Shown: positions 18,067 through 26,410 of the stretch, in pieces | Position numbering within the stretch: the stretch's first letter is position 1 | How the letters are laid out: each line of letters starts with the position of its first letter | Assembly: GCF_003945235.1 (NCBI RefSeq) | Contig: NZ_RSDW01000001.1 | Coordinates: 4,950,001-4,982,000, forward strand | DNA from: Edaphobacter aggregans | GTDB lineage: Bacteria > Acidobacteriota > Terriglobia > Terriglobales > Acidobacteriaceae | DNA length: 32,000 bases | Direction: 5' to 3' | Made by a program: the position numbers and the translations under genes | The notes under the pieces: model-generated | Told to the model about the DNA's origin: nothing | Database searches by the model: none | Seen by the model: only the letters and a program-made list of their open reading frames with translations

Positions 18067-18451
18067 GCTCTTCTTCGCAAACGAGTAAAAGTACACACGA
18101 TGCTCTTCTTCGCAAACGAGTAAAAGTACACACGATGCTCTTCTTCGCAAACGAGTAAAAGTACACACGATGCTCTTCTTCGCAAACGAGTAAAAGTACA
18201 CACGATGCTCTTCTTCGCAAACGAGTAAAAGTACACACGATGCTCTTCTTCGCAAACGAGTAAAAGTACACACGATGCTCTTCTTCGCAAACGAGTAAAA
18301 GTACACACGATGCTCTTCTTCGCAAACGAGTAAAAGTACACACGATGCTCTTCTTCGCAAACGAGTAAAAGTACACACGATGCTCTTCTTCGCAAACGAG
18401 TAAAAGTACACACGATGCTCTTCTTCGCAAACGAGTAAAAGTACACACGAT
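18067..18451. repeat. Eleven perfect head-to-tail copies of a 35-bp unit (GCTCTTCTTCGCAAACGAGTAAAAGTACACACGAT)
   Basis: 385 bp = 11 x 35 with no mismatch seen and no spacers. It starts on the first base after the terminator T-tract. Confidence 0.97.
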
Positions 18452-18603
18452 GGCAGGAATGTGGAGCTATTTCCCGTAGTTCTGGGTGTGCGACGGCAAG
18501 ATTGGTTGGAACGAAGCGTTCCCCGGACAGATTTATCGGGCTGCTGCCGAATTTCTAAGTGGTGAAGATATCCCGTTGGCCCACTTCTGTGGAATTGCGG
18601 CAT

Positions 18604-18632
18604 TTGATCGAATGCGGAGATCGCCTTATGTT
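18604..18632 (+). promoter_or_regulatory. Candidate sigma70-type promoter of the pilin operon
   Basis: TTGATC-N17-TATGTT, 38 nt upstream of ATG 18671. Confidence 0.25.
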
Positions 18633-18670
18633 TCCTTCGCGGCGGCAACCCCGCCGAGGAGAAAACACGA

Positions 18671-19072
18671 ATGCTCATTCTCTTCCGTCAGTCCCGAGCC
18701 GCAATCGCTCGCCGGCTCGGCCGCTTCTCGCAGCAGTTGATGTTTCTGCTCACCATTTCTTTCGTTGGGGCGGCGTGCCTTGCTCCAGCGGGAGTAATGG
18801 CGCAGAACCTTGGCACCACTCCCGCAGTTGGTCAGGCAGTACAGGGCCAGACGGCATCCCAGCCGGAAGGCGCTTTTCTCAACGTAGTCAACTGGATCGG
18901 CAATGTCATCTGCCCGGTAGGTGCCGGTCTGGCAGTGGTGGGCACGATCATCATGTGGCGCAGTGGACGGAGCTGGCTTCCGGCTGCCGCGACCGCCGGT
19001 GGTCTGCTCGCGGTCTCGGGCATTACCCGCTTGATCGAGTACTTCATCCAGAACGGTCAGGCGGTGGGATAA
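18671..19072 (+). CDS. VirB2/TrbC-like pilin precursor
   Basis: Long leader ending ...PAGVMAQ, then two hydrophobic helices (FLNVVNWIGNVICPVGAGLAVVGTIIMW ... AAATAGGLLAVSGITRLIEYF). AGGAGAA RBS present. Confidence 0.65.
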   Translation: MLILFRQSRAAIARRLGRFSQQLMFLLTISFVGAACLAPAGVMAQNLGTTPAVGQAVQGQTASQPEGAFLNVVNWIGNVICPVGAGLAVVGTIIMWRSGRSWLPAAATAGGLLAVSGITRLIEYFIQNGQAVG

Positions 19073-19075
19073 ACC

Positions 19076-19759
19076 ATGACGCCGCCGCTGATCTTCCGAG
19101 CTCTCCTTGGACTCCTCATGACTGTAGCCGTGCCGGCTTCATTGGCAGCCTTTGTATTGGCTGGCATGAAGCTACGGAATGAGGGCGGGGTGAACTACCA
19201 GGCCAGTGGCGGCTTCCTTAAGTGGCTGTTCTGGGGAGCGCTCCTGCTTACACTACCCGGAGTAAGCACGTGGCTGGTACAGGAGTCTGTGCCAGGAGCT
19301 GGCCAGCTGGCGCTAGGTGGACCGTCTACTCCCTATACCAACGGCCTCAACCACGTCGTCAACGACTTCGTAGACGACGTCCTCGTCTCGCACATTGTTC
19401 CCGTCCTCGCGGCGGCGCTGGTCTTTAAGGCTTTGCTTGATCTCTCGCAGGGAGTCAACCCTCTCGCGTCGATCGTGACTGCGATGTTTCTGCTCGGGAT
19501 CCAGGGAATTTACAAGGTCGCGACCGGCAGTTGGCTGACGAGCGGGGCCTACAGTACGACCGACTTCCTTATGGGCGCATTCAATTATGTTGCTGGCACC
19601 ATCAGCCCGATGGTGGGCGGCCTTGCAATCTCAGCAGGAATCCTCGCCTTTGTTCAGCACAAGCAATGGAAGGTCTTTGTTGCAAGCGGCATTGGATTTC
19701 TAAGTGTGAGCGGCCTATGGGCGCTGGTGAAGAGCTGGACAGGAGTGACACTGACATGA
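19076..19759 (+). CDS. Polytopic membrane protein containing two pilin-like modules
   Basis: LNHVVNDFVDDVLVSHIVPVLAAALVF...ASIVTAMFLLGIQGIYKV and FLMGAFNYVAGTISPMVGGLAISAGILAF...ASGIGFLSVSGLWALVKSW both repeat the pattern of the 18671 pilin. Confidence 0.55.
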   Translation: MTPPLIFRALLGLLMTVAVPASLAAFVLAGMKLRNEGGVNYQASGGFLKWLFWGALLLTLPGVSTWLVQESVPGAGQLALGGPSTPYTNGLNHVVNDFVDDVLVSHIVPVLAAALVFKALLDLSQGVNPLASIVTAMFLLGIQGIYKVATGSWLTSGAYSTTDFLMGAFNYVAGTISPMVGGLAISAGILAFVQHKQWKVFVASGIGFLSVSGLWALVKSWTGVTLT

Positions 19760-19974
19760 ATCGTTTCCTCAATTTCGTCGCACGGTCCTCGCAAGCCCTC
19801 GCCATTGTGGACGTAGCGTTGATGTTTGCGCTGGTGGTCCAGGTCGGATTCAGATCCGTAACTATGGAGAGGACCGGCTCCTGGAAGAGCAGTGAGCCGG
19901 GTATCCACCCCGACTGGAAAATCGACTTCCGCAATCCGTTTGAAACCATCTCCTCGATAGAGGACAGCATATGA
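19756..19974 (+). CDS. Small membrane protein (72 aa)
   Basis: One TM (ALAIVDVALMFALVVQVGF). ATGA overlap with both neighbouring genes. Confidence 0.45.
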   Translation: MNRFLNFVARSSQALAIVDVALMFALVVQVGFRSVTMERTGSWKSSEPGIHPDWKIDFRNPFETISSIEDSI

Positions 19975-20261
19975 GCAATAGCAGAATTTCCGTGTTAGTA
20001 CCGCAGATCGTGCTCTTTGCCGTGAGTGTTCTGATGCTGCTACAGGGAGTGGGGTTTGTGTTGCATCACCAGTTGAGCCGAGCGCTTCTGGGAGCCGGCC
20101 TGTTCCTGCTCCTGCCATGTCTCCTTGTCGCAGGATGCGCATGGGGACTGCGCAAATTGTGGCTGTTGATAGGGAGAGCATGCATGTTCCTGATCGCGAC
20201 TGGTGCTCCGCTCAGATCGATACGGGCCTTGCTTCGCCATAAAAGGCAGGTTCAGCCATGA
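19971..20261 (+). CDS. Small polytopic membrane protein (96 aa)
   Basis: Three hydrophobic helices. ATGA overlaps on both sides. Confidence 0.45.
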   Translation: MSNSRISVLVPQIVLFAVSVLMLLQGVGFVLHHQLSRALLGAGLFLLLPCLLVAGCAWGLRKLWLLIGRACMFLIATGAPLRSIRALLRHKRQVQP

Positions 20262-20716
20262 ACTCAGGCTCTTTCGATCAGGGAATCCTCAACATGACCA
20301 ACTGGCTCGGGAATGGCATTATGCCTGTGCTGGCTGCGCTCATGATCGCGATGGGAATTTATTGCTTTTCACGTGGGAGAGACTTCGAACGATGGATCTG
20401 GGGAGCGCTGGGCTCCTTGTCGGTGTCAGGTTTGCTCCGTCTCGCAGAGGCCTTTGCGAGGCAGGGTTCCGGTTCCGGGCAACTCTTTCAGGCGCTGCTG
20501 ACGCTCACCGACTGGATCTGCAATGTAATCCTTCCCGTTTACGCAGGCCTGGAAGTTGTGCGTGCGGTTCTTGGCGTGAGCGGCGTCGGCTCGCGCCTCA
20601 ACATTGGCGACGACTGGCTGCGGCATGTGGTCGTAGCCTTTGCGGCGTTGTCCTGCTCAGGCTTGATTCGACTGCTAGAGCACTTCGTGTCCGCTGGGAC
20701 AGGAGGGGTGGCGTGA
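20258..20716 (+). CDS. Tandem double VirB2-pilin-like protein, no obvious signal peptide
   Basis: ILNMTNWLGNGIMPVLAALMIAMGIY...GALGSLSVSGLLRLAEAF and LLTLTDWICNVILPVYAGLEVV...VVAFAALSCSGLIRLLEHF are two copies of the pilin module within one chain. Confidence 0.55.
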   Translation: MNSGSFDQGILNMTNWLGNGIMPVLAALMIAMGIYCFSRGRDFERWIWGALGSLSVSGLLRLAEAFARQGSGSGQLFQALLTLTDWICNVILPVYAGLEVVRAVLGVSGVGSRLNIGDDWLRHVVVAFAALSCSGLIRLLEHFVSAGTGGVA

Positions 20717-21057
20717 TGGCATTGCGTGTGAGTCCGGTTTCGCGAAATCTTGCCTTGAAGGTGACGATCATGTTTCTCGAGATCGAGGACCTACTGGCGC
20801 TTGGGTTTGCCTGCGCGGTTGCGATGATCGCAGGGCAGTTTGTCTTCTCCGATCGCTATGTGTTCTCGATCCCGATGAACTGGTTTTTGGTGCTTGTGGT
20901 TGTCGGGCTTGGTGTGCCGGGCCTAATGCTCTTCAAGTATGGCAAACCGAGAAAGTACATTGCGGACCTTCTGGGGTGCCACAGCCAACCGCACAGCTAC
21001 TGCGCGCTCGCCCGAGACACCCAGTTGAAAACTCACTATTTGGAAGAGAGGAACTGA
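20716..21057 (+). CDS. VirB3/TrbD/TraL-like protein
   Basis: 113 aa with two TMs (LLALGFACAVAMIAGQFVF; FLVLVVVGLGVPGLMLF) followed by KYGKPRKYIADLL, directly upstream of virB4. GTG 20713 is an alternative start. Confidence 0.5.
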   Translation: MALRVSPVSRNLALKVTIMFLEIEDLLALGFACAVAMIAGQFVFSDRYVFSIPMNWFLVLVVVGLGVPGLMLFKYGKPRKYIADLLGCHSQPHSYCALARDTQLKTHYLEERN

Positions 21058-23781
21058 ATGCCCAAGACTCGTGAAGCACACAAGCGTTCTTTGGAGGATC
21101 CCGCCTTCTGCGAGCTACTTCCCATGAGGGACCTACTGGACAACGTGATGGTCCGAACCGACGGCAGCTACGTCGCGGGATTTCGCCTGTCCGGTGCGCT
21201 AACTTACTTCGGTGATGACGACAGCCGCAATGAAACCAAAGAGCTGGTGGAATCGCTTCTGCGTACAGTACCGGAGCAGAGTATGCGGCTCCAATTCCGT
21301 TATGAAGTGGTGGAAGGCCTCACGGGCCTGCTGGCGCGTTACGAAGACCATCGGCGTACCGACAATCCCGAAGCGCTAATACTGGACCGCTATCGCGTGA
21401 AGCAGTGGAGCACGAAGGAAGCGCAAGGCGAATATCTCACCCGACTCGCTGCCGTCTACCTGATCTGGGACCCGGAGAGGCATCGGCGGTTGATGGCAGC
21501 CGCGGGCGGTCAGATGAAACGAAGTGGAGACAAAAACAGTAAACATCCGTTCTCTCTGTCACTCCACAAGTGCATTGAACGATCGAAAAAAGAACATACG
21601 GACGCTCTAGCCGAGTTTGAATCCATCGTCAGCGGCGTGCAGTCGTCCCTGAATCGAGCGGCGATGGGTCCAGAGCGGATGAACCATGAAGAGCTTTTCC
21701 TCGAGATTAAGAGGGCGCTCAATCCGACGCTGCCGGATACGGCGGAGCTTAGGGACTTCGATCTCTCTCCGCGATATGTGTCGGCGCGAGAACAGGCCGC
21801 GATCGTCTCCATCCTTGGAGATGCGGAGAACTACCTCAATATCGATGGCCTGCTCTGGAGCATCATCACGTTGAAGGTGCCTCCGGATGGCACGTACCCG
21901 GGCATTCTGCGGTCGTTGTTGACGGTCGGTTTTCCGCTTGTGATTTCCACCCAGGTCACAGTACCGGACCAGCGTGCAGTCCTCGACAAGTACAAGAAGC
22001 GCCTGAAGAAGATGCAGGCAGCGCAGATCGATTCAAAAGGGAATCGAAGGGTCGATATTGAAGCGCAGGTTGCAACGCAGGAACTTATCGATATTCAGGC
22101 CGAGATCCTGGCGAGTTCGGTGAAGACGACCAAGGTAAGCCTGACGATCGCTGTCCGCACTTCGCTGCCGGCGTTCAGCAGTCACGAGTATGAGGCTGCG
22201 GAGCGCGAACTATCGAACCGGCGCCAGCAGGTCCTCCACATCGTCTCGCAGCTCAACGGGGCACGTGCCTACGGTGAATCCCTGGCGCAGAGGAGATTGC
22301 TGATCTCCACCATGCCGGGAATGGCGTCCGAGGATAGCCGGGACCATGACCTGCTCACTACCCACGCGGCGGATCTCCTCCCGGTAGAGATGCCGTGGGC
22401 CGGGACACCTAGAACGCCGCTGATGCTCTTTGAAACGCCATACCGGCAACTGATTCCGTTCTCTCCGTTCGATGCCGGACTGGAGAACGCGAACGCCATC
22501 GTTGCCGCCGCCTCCGGAGCAGGCAAAAGCGTAGTCGTCGGGCGAATGCTGTTGACCTGCAGCCGGCAGGATGTGCAGATCTCGATCATCGAGCGTGGAG
22601 ATTCCTACTTCCCGGCCGTGACATATATGGGCGGCCAGATGATCTCTATGTCGCTCGATAGCCTGCAGACGATCAACCCGTTCGATCTTGAGGTTGATGA
22701 GCATGGCCCGTCGAACGACCATCTTGCTTTTTTGAAGAACCTCACGCGCTTCATGATCGGCGACAGTGGAGGAGCCGACGCTGACCTGTTGGACAATCTT
22801 CTGCTCACGGCCATTGAGAAGACCTATAACCGGGCTGCCATGCGGTCGGGCAGCAGGATCCCGACTTATAGCGACCTGAAAGATGAGCTCGAAAATTACC
22901 ATGACGAGGACAAGAACGAGATCATAAATCAGGAAGCAAGACTCGCCGCCACGAAGTTGCGCGCATGGGTGGAGAACGGAATGTATGCGAACCTGTTCGA
23001 CCGTCCCACCACGGTTGATATGTCGGCGCCCTGGCTCTACTTCAATATCGAACAGCTCAAGGACGACCCAAAGCTGGAGACTGCGATGAGTCTGCTGATC
23101 GCGTATGCGACCAATAAGCGGGCTATGGGCAAGGGAAACAAGCGATGCGTCACGGTTCTCGATGAGTGCTGGTCCCTGCTGCAATCGCCAAGTCTAGGGC
23201 CCGTCGTCGTGCAGTTATTCAGGACAGCACGCAAACGGAACGCCTGCGTATGGGGACTTTCGCAGGCGGTAGAAGACTTCACCGGCACACCGGACAAGCC
23301 AAACGAATTTGGCGGCGCAATCCTTACCACCACGGCAACGAAGCTGATTGGCCGGCAGAAGGGGAATATTGATGTGCTTCGCCAATTCGTCCACCTGAAT
23401 GAGACGGCCATTCATCGCGTCAAGAACCTGGGCATGACGGAGAAGGGCAAAAAGAGCGAATTCCTTCTAGTAATCGGCGAGAAGTCAGAGACGACGCACA
23501 GCTTGTATATCGTGACGACGCCGCTCGAGTACTGGCTGTTGACCACTTTTCCGCGGGAGAAGTGGTACAGGCAGTACTGGCTTAAGAAGCATTCCCACCT
23601 CACACCAACGGAAGCCTATGAGCGACTCGCCGCGGCATTTCCGCGCGGCCTGTCGACGCTGGATGAATTGCCGGAAGAAAAATCCGGCGAGGTTATGACG
23701 GTTGCACTCGGACGATCGAGTTCCGTGGCCATGGCAAAAACCATCATTCAAATTGAAGAAGACGCATTACAGGAGGTATAG
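21058..23781 (+). CDS. VirB4/TrbE/TraC-type conjugation ATPase
   Basis: 907 aa. Walker A AAASGAGKSVVVG, Walker B CVTVLDECWSLL, and a C-terminal motif region (GLSQAVEDF). Confidence 0.9.
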   Translation: MPKTREAHKRSLEDPAFCELLPMRDLLDNVMVRTDGSYVAGFRLSGALTYFGDDDSRNETKELVESLLRTVPEQSMRLQFRYEVVEGLTGLLARYEDHRRTDNPEALILDRYRVKQWSTKEAQGEYLTRLAAVYLIWDPERHRRLMAAAGGQMKRSGDKNSKHPFSLSLHKCIERSKKEHTDALAEFESIVSGVQSSLNRAAMGPERMNHEELFLEIKRALNPTLPDTAELRDFDLSPRYVSAREQAAIVSILGDAENYLNIDGLLWSIITLKVPPDGTYPGILRSLLTVGFPLVISTQVTVPDQRAVLDKYKKRLKKMQAAQIDSKGNRRVDIEAQVATQELIDIQAEILASSVKTTKVSLTIAVRTSLPAFSSHEYEAAERELSNRRQQVLHIVSQLNGARAYGESLAQRRLLISTMPGMASEDSRDHDLLTTHAADLLPVEMPWAGTPRTPLMLFETPYRQLIPFSPFDAGLENANAIVAAASGAGKSVVVGRMLLTCSRQDVQISIIERGDSYFPAVTYMGGQMISMSLDSLQTINPFDLEVDEHGPSNDHLAFLKNLTRFMIGDSGGADADLLDNLLLTAIEKTYNRAAMRSGSRIPTYSDLKDELENYHDEDKNEIINQEARLAATKLRAWVENGMYANLFDRPTTVDMSAPWLYFNIEQLKDDPKLETAMSLLIAYATNKRAMGKGNKRCVTVLDECWSLLQSPSLGPVVVQLFRTARKRNACVWGLSQAVEDFTGTPDKPNEFGGAILTTTATKLIGRQKGNIDVLRQFVHLNETAIHRVKNLGMTEKGKKSEFLLVIGEKSETTHSLYIVTTPLEYWLLTTFPREKWYRQYWLKKHSHLTPTEAYERLAAAFPRGLSTLDELPEEKSGEVMTVALGRSSSVAMAKTIIQIEEDALQEV

Positions 23782-23783
23782 CA

Positions 23784-24551
23784 ATGCGCGTTGACAACGT
23801 TTCCCGGAGAGCGATGAAGGTGTCCACCATTGGAGTGGCAGTACTCCTGGTGGTTCCGACGGCCGCAAAAGCGCTGAGCTGGGACATCTTCAGCGTGATC
23901 GACTCAACGATCAGCAAGGATATAGGCGGTGCGCTCCAGTCGGTGAACAGCATCCAGAACTCCCTGCGACAGGACGAGCAGCAACTGCTGTTTCCCGTGG
24001 CCCTGATCAACCAGTCCCACAATTACATCCACACCATCGTAACGAGCTATCGCTCGTGGATGACGGGCGTATTCGCGCTTCCGATCAACAGTGCCCAGCT
24101 GCCAGGCAGTCAGGCATTGGAAAGTGTGTTTCTCAGCGGTTCCTCGTCTTCGATTGGCAACCTGGACAGCGTTTACAACGCTTCTTACGGCGGCGTGCCG
24201 CCGGCAACGGCCGCGCCGCAGGCCCACCGGCACATGATGGACATGGATGACGCGCTCGCCAAGGACTCGCTCGCCCAATCGGTCGCCGCAGACCAGGTGA
24301 GCGGCAATCTTCTCCAGATTGCAAACCACATCGAATCGGAAGCCTCCACCACCGCCCCTGGCACCGCCGACATTTTGTCAGCCACAGCCCGGGCGGCGGA
24401 ACTGGAAGGTCTGGCGAGTCAACACAAGCTTCTCGCAGCCATGCTGCGGGAGGAGGCGGCCAATCTCGCCCATCATAACGGGGTGCTCAAACAGAGCGTG
24501 GGACAGGCACAGCAGTTGAACAACAACTTGCAGGGAACGCTTGGCCAATAA
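23784..24551 (+). CDS. VirB5/TrbJ-like secreted coiled-coil protein (paralog 1)
   Basis: Signal peptide (VAVLLVVPTAAKA), helical Q/A/L-rich body, and position after virB4. AGGAGG RBS present. Confidence 0.45.
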   Translation: MRVDNVSRRAMKVSTIGVAVLLVVPTAAKALSWDIFSVIDSTISKDIGGALQSVNSIQNSLRQDEQQLLFPVALINQSHNYIHTIVTSYRSWMTGVFALPINSAQLPGSQALESVFLSGSSSSIGNLDSVYNASYGGVPPATAAPQAHRHMMDMDDALAKDSLAQSVAADQVSGNLLQIANHIESEASTTAPGTADILSATARAAELEGLASQHKLLAAMLREEAANLAHHNGVLKQSVGQAQQLNNNLQGTLGQ

Positions 24552-24570
24552 CAGATGAAGGAGTGGCGTC

Positions 24571-25374
24571 ATGAGTGAACGTGAATCGATGTGGAAGAAG
24601 GTGGTCCCCCGCGCAGGATGGACGTGCGCCGGCCTGTTGTTCGTCGGAATTGCAGTTCCGAGACAGGCCCATGCTCAATTCGGAATCGATCTGGGCGTTA
24701 TCCTGGCCGGTCTGCAGAAGATCTCGGGTCTTCTAACAAGCAGCGTGGCCTCTCCGCTCAGTCAGATTCAAAAAGTAGAGCAGGACGAACAGCAGTTCCA
24801 ACAGTCCGTGATGTACCCACAACAGGCGATCAACAGTGCAAGGTCTCTTGCCGCCAGCTTCACGGCTCCGATGCAGAGTATGAAGTCACTGCTTAACCTG
24901 AATTTTTCGAGCGCAACGCTTCCGATGCCGCAACAGCTCGAACAACAGATGCTCTCGGGGAATCCCAACACCATCGCGGGCTTTGGCGCGATGTATTCGC
25001 AGGTGTACGGGACGCTGCCCACCCAGGTGGCCGCACCGGCAAATGTCAGGGCCGTCATTGATATGACGGACGCACAGGCCCAGGATGCCATGAAGAAGGC
25101 CATCGAGCTCGATGCGCTCGCGGCACGTGAGCTGGAGGTCGCGCAGTCGCTCAATCAACAGATACAGACGAGCGCTCCAGGAACCGCACCGATCCTCGAG
25201 GCGGAGGGCTCTGCGTGGGTGCTGCAAGGCAACGCGTACACCCAGTCCGCCATGGCGGAGCTCCTGCGGGTGCGGACCGCTGCGTTGTCGAATGCAGGGA
25301 GCACGGTAAAGAATGCGACCACCCAGACGCAGCAGTTCAACCAGAACGTTCTCGGCACTCTTATGCCGCACTGA
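24571..25374 (+). CDS. VirB5/TrbJ-like secreted coiled-coil protein (paralog 2)
   Basis: Signal peptide (...AVPRQAHAQ). Shares blocks with the preceding ORF (SAPGTAPILEAE vs TAPGTADILSAT; Q..N.N..GTL C-terminus). Confidence 0.45.
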   Translation: MSERESMWKKVVPRAGWTCAGLLFVGIAVPRQAHAQFGIDLGVILAGLQKISGLLTSSVASPLSQIQKVEQDEQQFQQSVMYPQQAINSARSLAASFTAPMQSMKSLLNLNFSSATLPMPQQLEQQMLSGNPNTIAGFGAMYSQVYGTLPTQVAAPANVRAVIDMTDAQAQDAMKKAIELDALAARELEVAQSLNQQIQTSAPGTAPILEAEGSAWVLQGNAYTQSAMAELLRVRTAALSNAGSTVKNATTQTQQFNQNVLGTLMPH

Positions 25375-25383
25375 GAGACAAAC

Positions 25384-26364
25384 ATGAATATTGTCGTCTT
25401 CAACTTTCAGCAGATGATGCAAACGGTCTTGAATGCGATGGCGGGGAACGTCATACCGAGCGTGCAGACCGTGGCTTACGTCCTGATGGTCATCTGTCTG
25501 ATGATCGGCATCTACGAGGCGTTCGCCAACGGGGGGGACACGCGGCAGCTCGCAGCGACCGTGTTTAAGTACGTCGTAGTCGCGTTCATCGTGGGTAATT
25601 GGCTCACGTTCTTCGAGGACGTGATGAGCGGATTCAACGGAATCGCCCAGTTCATCGGCAACTCCTTCGGAGGCCAAGACCTGATCCTCGTGTGGCAAAA
25701 GCAACTCTCCAGCAATTGGAATACTAGTGGATACACCTCCGTCTGGAACATGATTGTGAACGGAGGAGCGGCGATCGTTAATTCGCTGGAGATTGCGTTT
25801 GCATACATCATCTTTCCGCTGTCGGCGCAGATCTTCAGCCTCATCTATGTCTTCTGGGGCGCGGTCGTCTTTGCCATTGGTCCCCTTGTGCTCGCTCTCG
25901 CCCCAAGCAGGATGGTAAATTCCGTTGCAAAGTTTTACACCCAAAACCTCATCGTCTGGAACTGCTGGACTATCGTGTATGCCGTCTTCGCGTGTCTGGT
26001 CACGGCGATAGATGGCATGAATACATCCTCCAGCCCTTTCTTCGCGCAGAGTGTCGCAGGAGCGCAGCCGCAAATATGGATTGGTCTGACGAGCATTCTT
26101 TACGGAATCTGTCTTCTGCTGATTCCGGTGATCTCGTTCTTTGTTCTCAGGGCGGACTTCGTCGCGGTTGGAAGCGCCCTGTTCGGTGTTTTGGCGACGG
26201 CTGCAACGCAAGGATCACGGCTCATGGCGCTTTCCACCAGCAAGCAGGTTAGCTCTGGGTATGGACGGCAACAGTCGAGTATGCAAGGAGGCACTGGCGG
26301 AGCGACCTACCGCAATCTCAGTCGGCCTCCGGATGAGACGCCGCCGCGCTCATCGGTGGCCTGA
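25384..26364 (+). CDS. VirB6/TrbL-like polytopic inner-membrane protein
   Basis: 326 aa with at least 5 TMs and a hydrophilic Gly/Ser/Arg-rich C-terminal tail. Positioned between the virB5-like and virB8-like genes. Confidence 0.6.
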   Translation: MNIVVFNFQQMMQTVLNAMAGNVIPSVQTVAYVLMVICLMIGIYEAFANGGDTRQLAATVFKYVVVAFIVGNWLTFFEDVMSGFNGIAQFIGNSFGGQDLILVWQKQLSSNWNTSGYTSVWNMIVNGGAAIVNSLEIAFAYIIFPLSAQIFSLIYVFWGAVVFAIGPLVLALAPSRMVNSVAKFYTQNLIVWNCWTIVYAVFACLVTAIDGMNTSSSPFFAQSVAGAQPQIWIGLTSILYGICLLLIPVISFFVLRADFVAVGSALFGVLATAATQGSRLMALSTSKQVSSGYGRQQSSMQGGTGGATYRNLSRPPDETPPRSSVA

Positions 26365-26410
26365 AAGTGGGAGAAGGAATCGACAACTGAGAACAGCACA
26401 CGGAGGAACC

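Noticed and set aside
18067-18451. CRISPR array interpretation of the 35-bp repeats
   Set aside because: The units are directly abutting with no unique spacers. There are no cas genes in the window, and the unit has no strong palindrome.
17885-18678. Three long overlapping minus-strand ORFs (160-223 aa) with a repeating 35-aa motif (FTRLRRRASCVLLLVCEEEHRVYFYSFAKKSIVCT)
   Set aside because: They exist only because the 35-bp tandem repeat lacks stop codons on the minus strand. Since 35 is not a multiple of 3, the same DNA is read in all three frames with a 105-nt period. They overlap the virB10 3' end and its terminator and have no RBS.
20203-20715. Upstream two-thirds of the 284-aa ORF that ends at 21057
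   Set aside because: It overlaps the double-pilin gene in another frame and has an Arg/Cys/Gly-rich translation. Only the last ~113 aa (from 20716) look like a VirB3-type membrane protein.
22210-23184. 324-aa minus-strand ORF inside virB4
   Set aside because: It is an antisense shadow ORF with a low-complexity Arg/Gly/His-rich translation, while the plus-strand VirB4 motifs are unambiguous.
24886-26211. 441-aa minus-strand ORF spanning the virB5-like and virB6-like genes
   Set aside because: It is an antisense artefact: a highly charged Arg/Asp/His-rich sequence crossing an intergenic gap, with no RBS or motif.
26141-26410. N-terminal 90 aa of the 337-aa ORF containing the VirB8-like protein
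   Set aside because: It overlaps the virB6-like 3' end. A GGAGG RBS precedes the internal ATG at 26411, which gives the normal VirB8 architecture.
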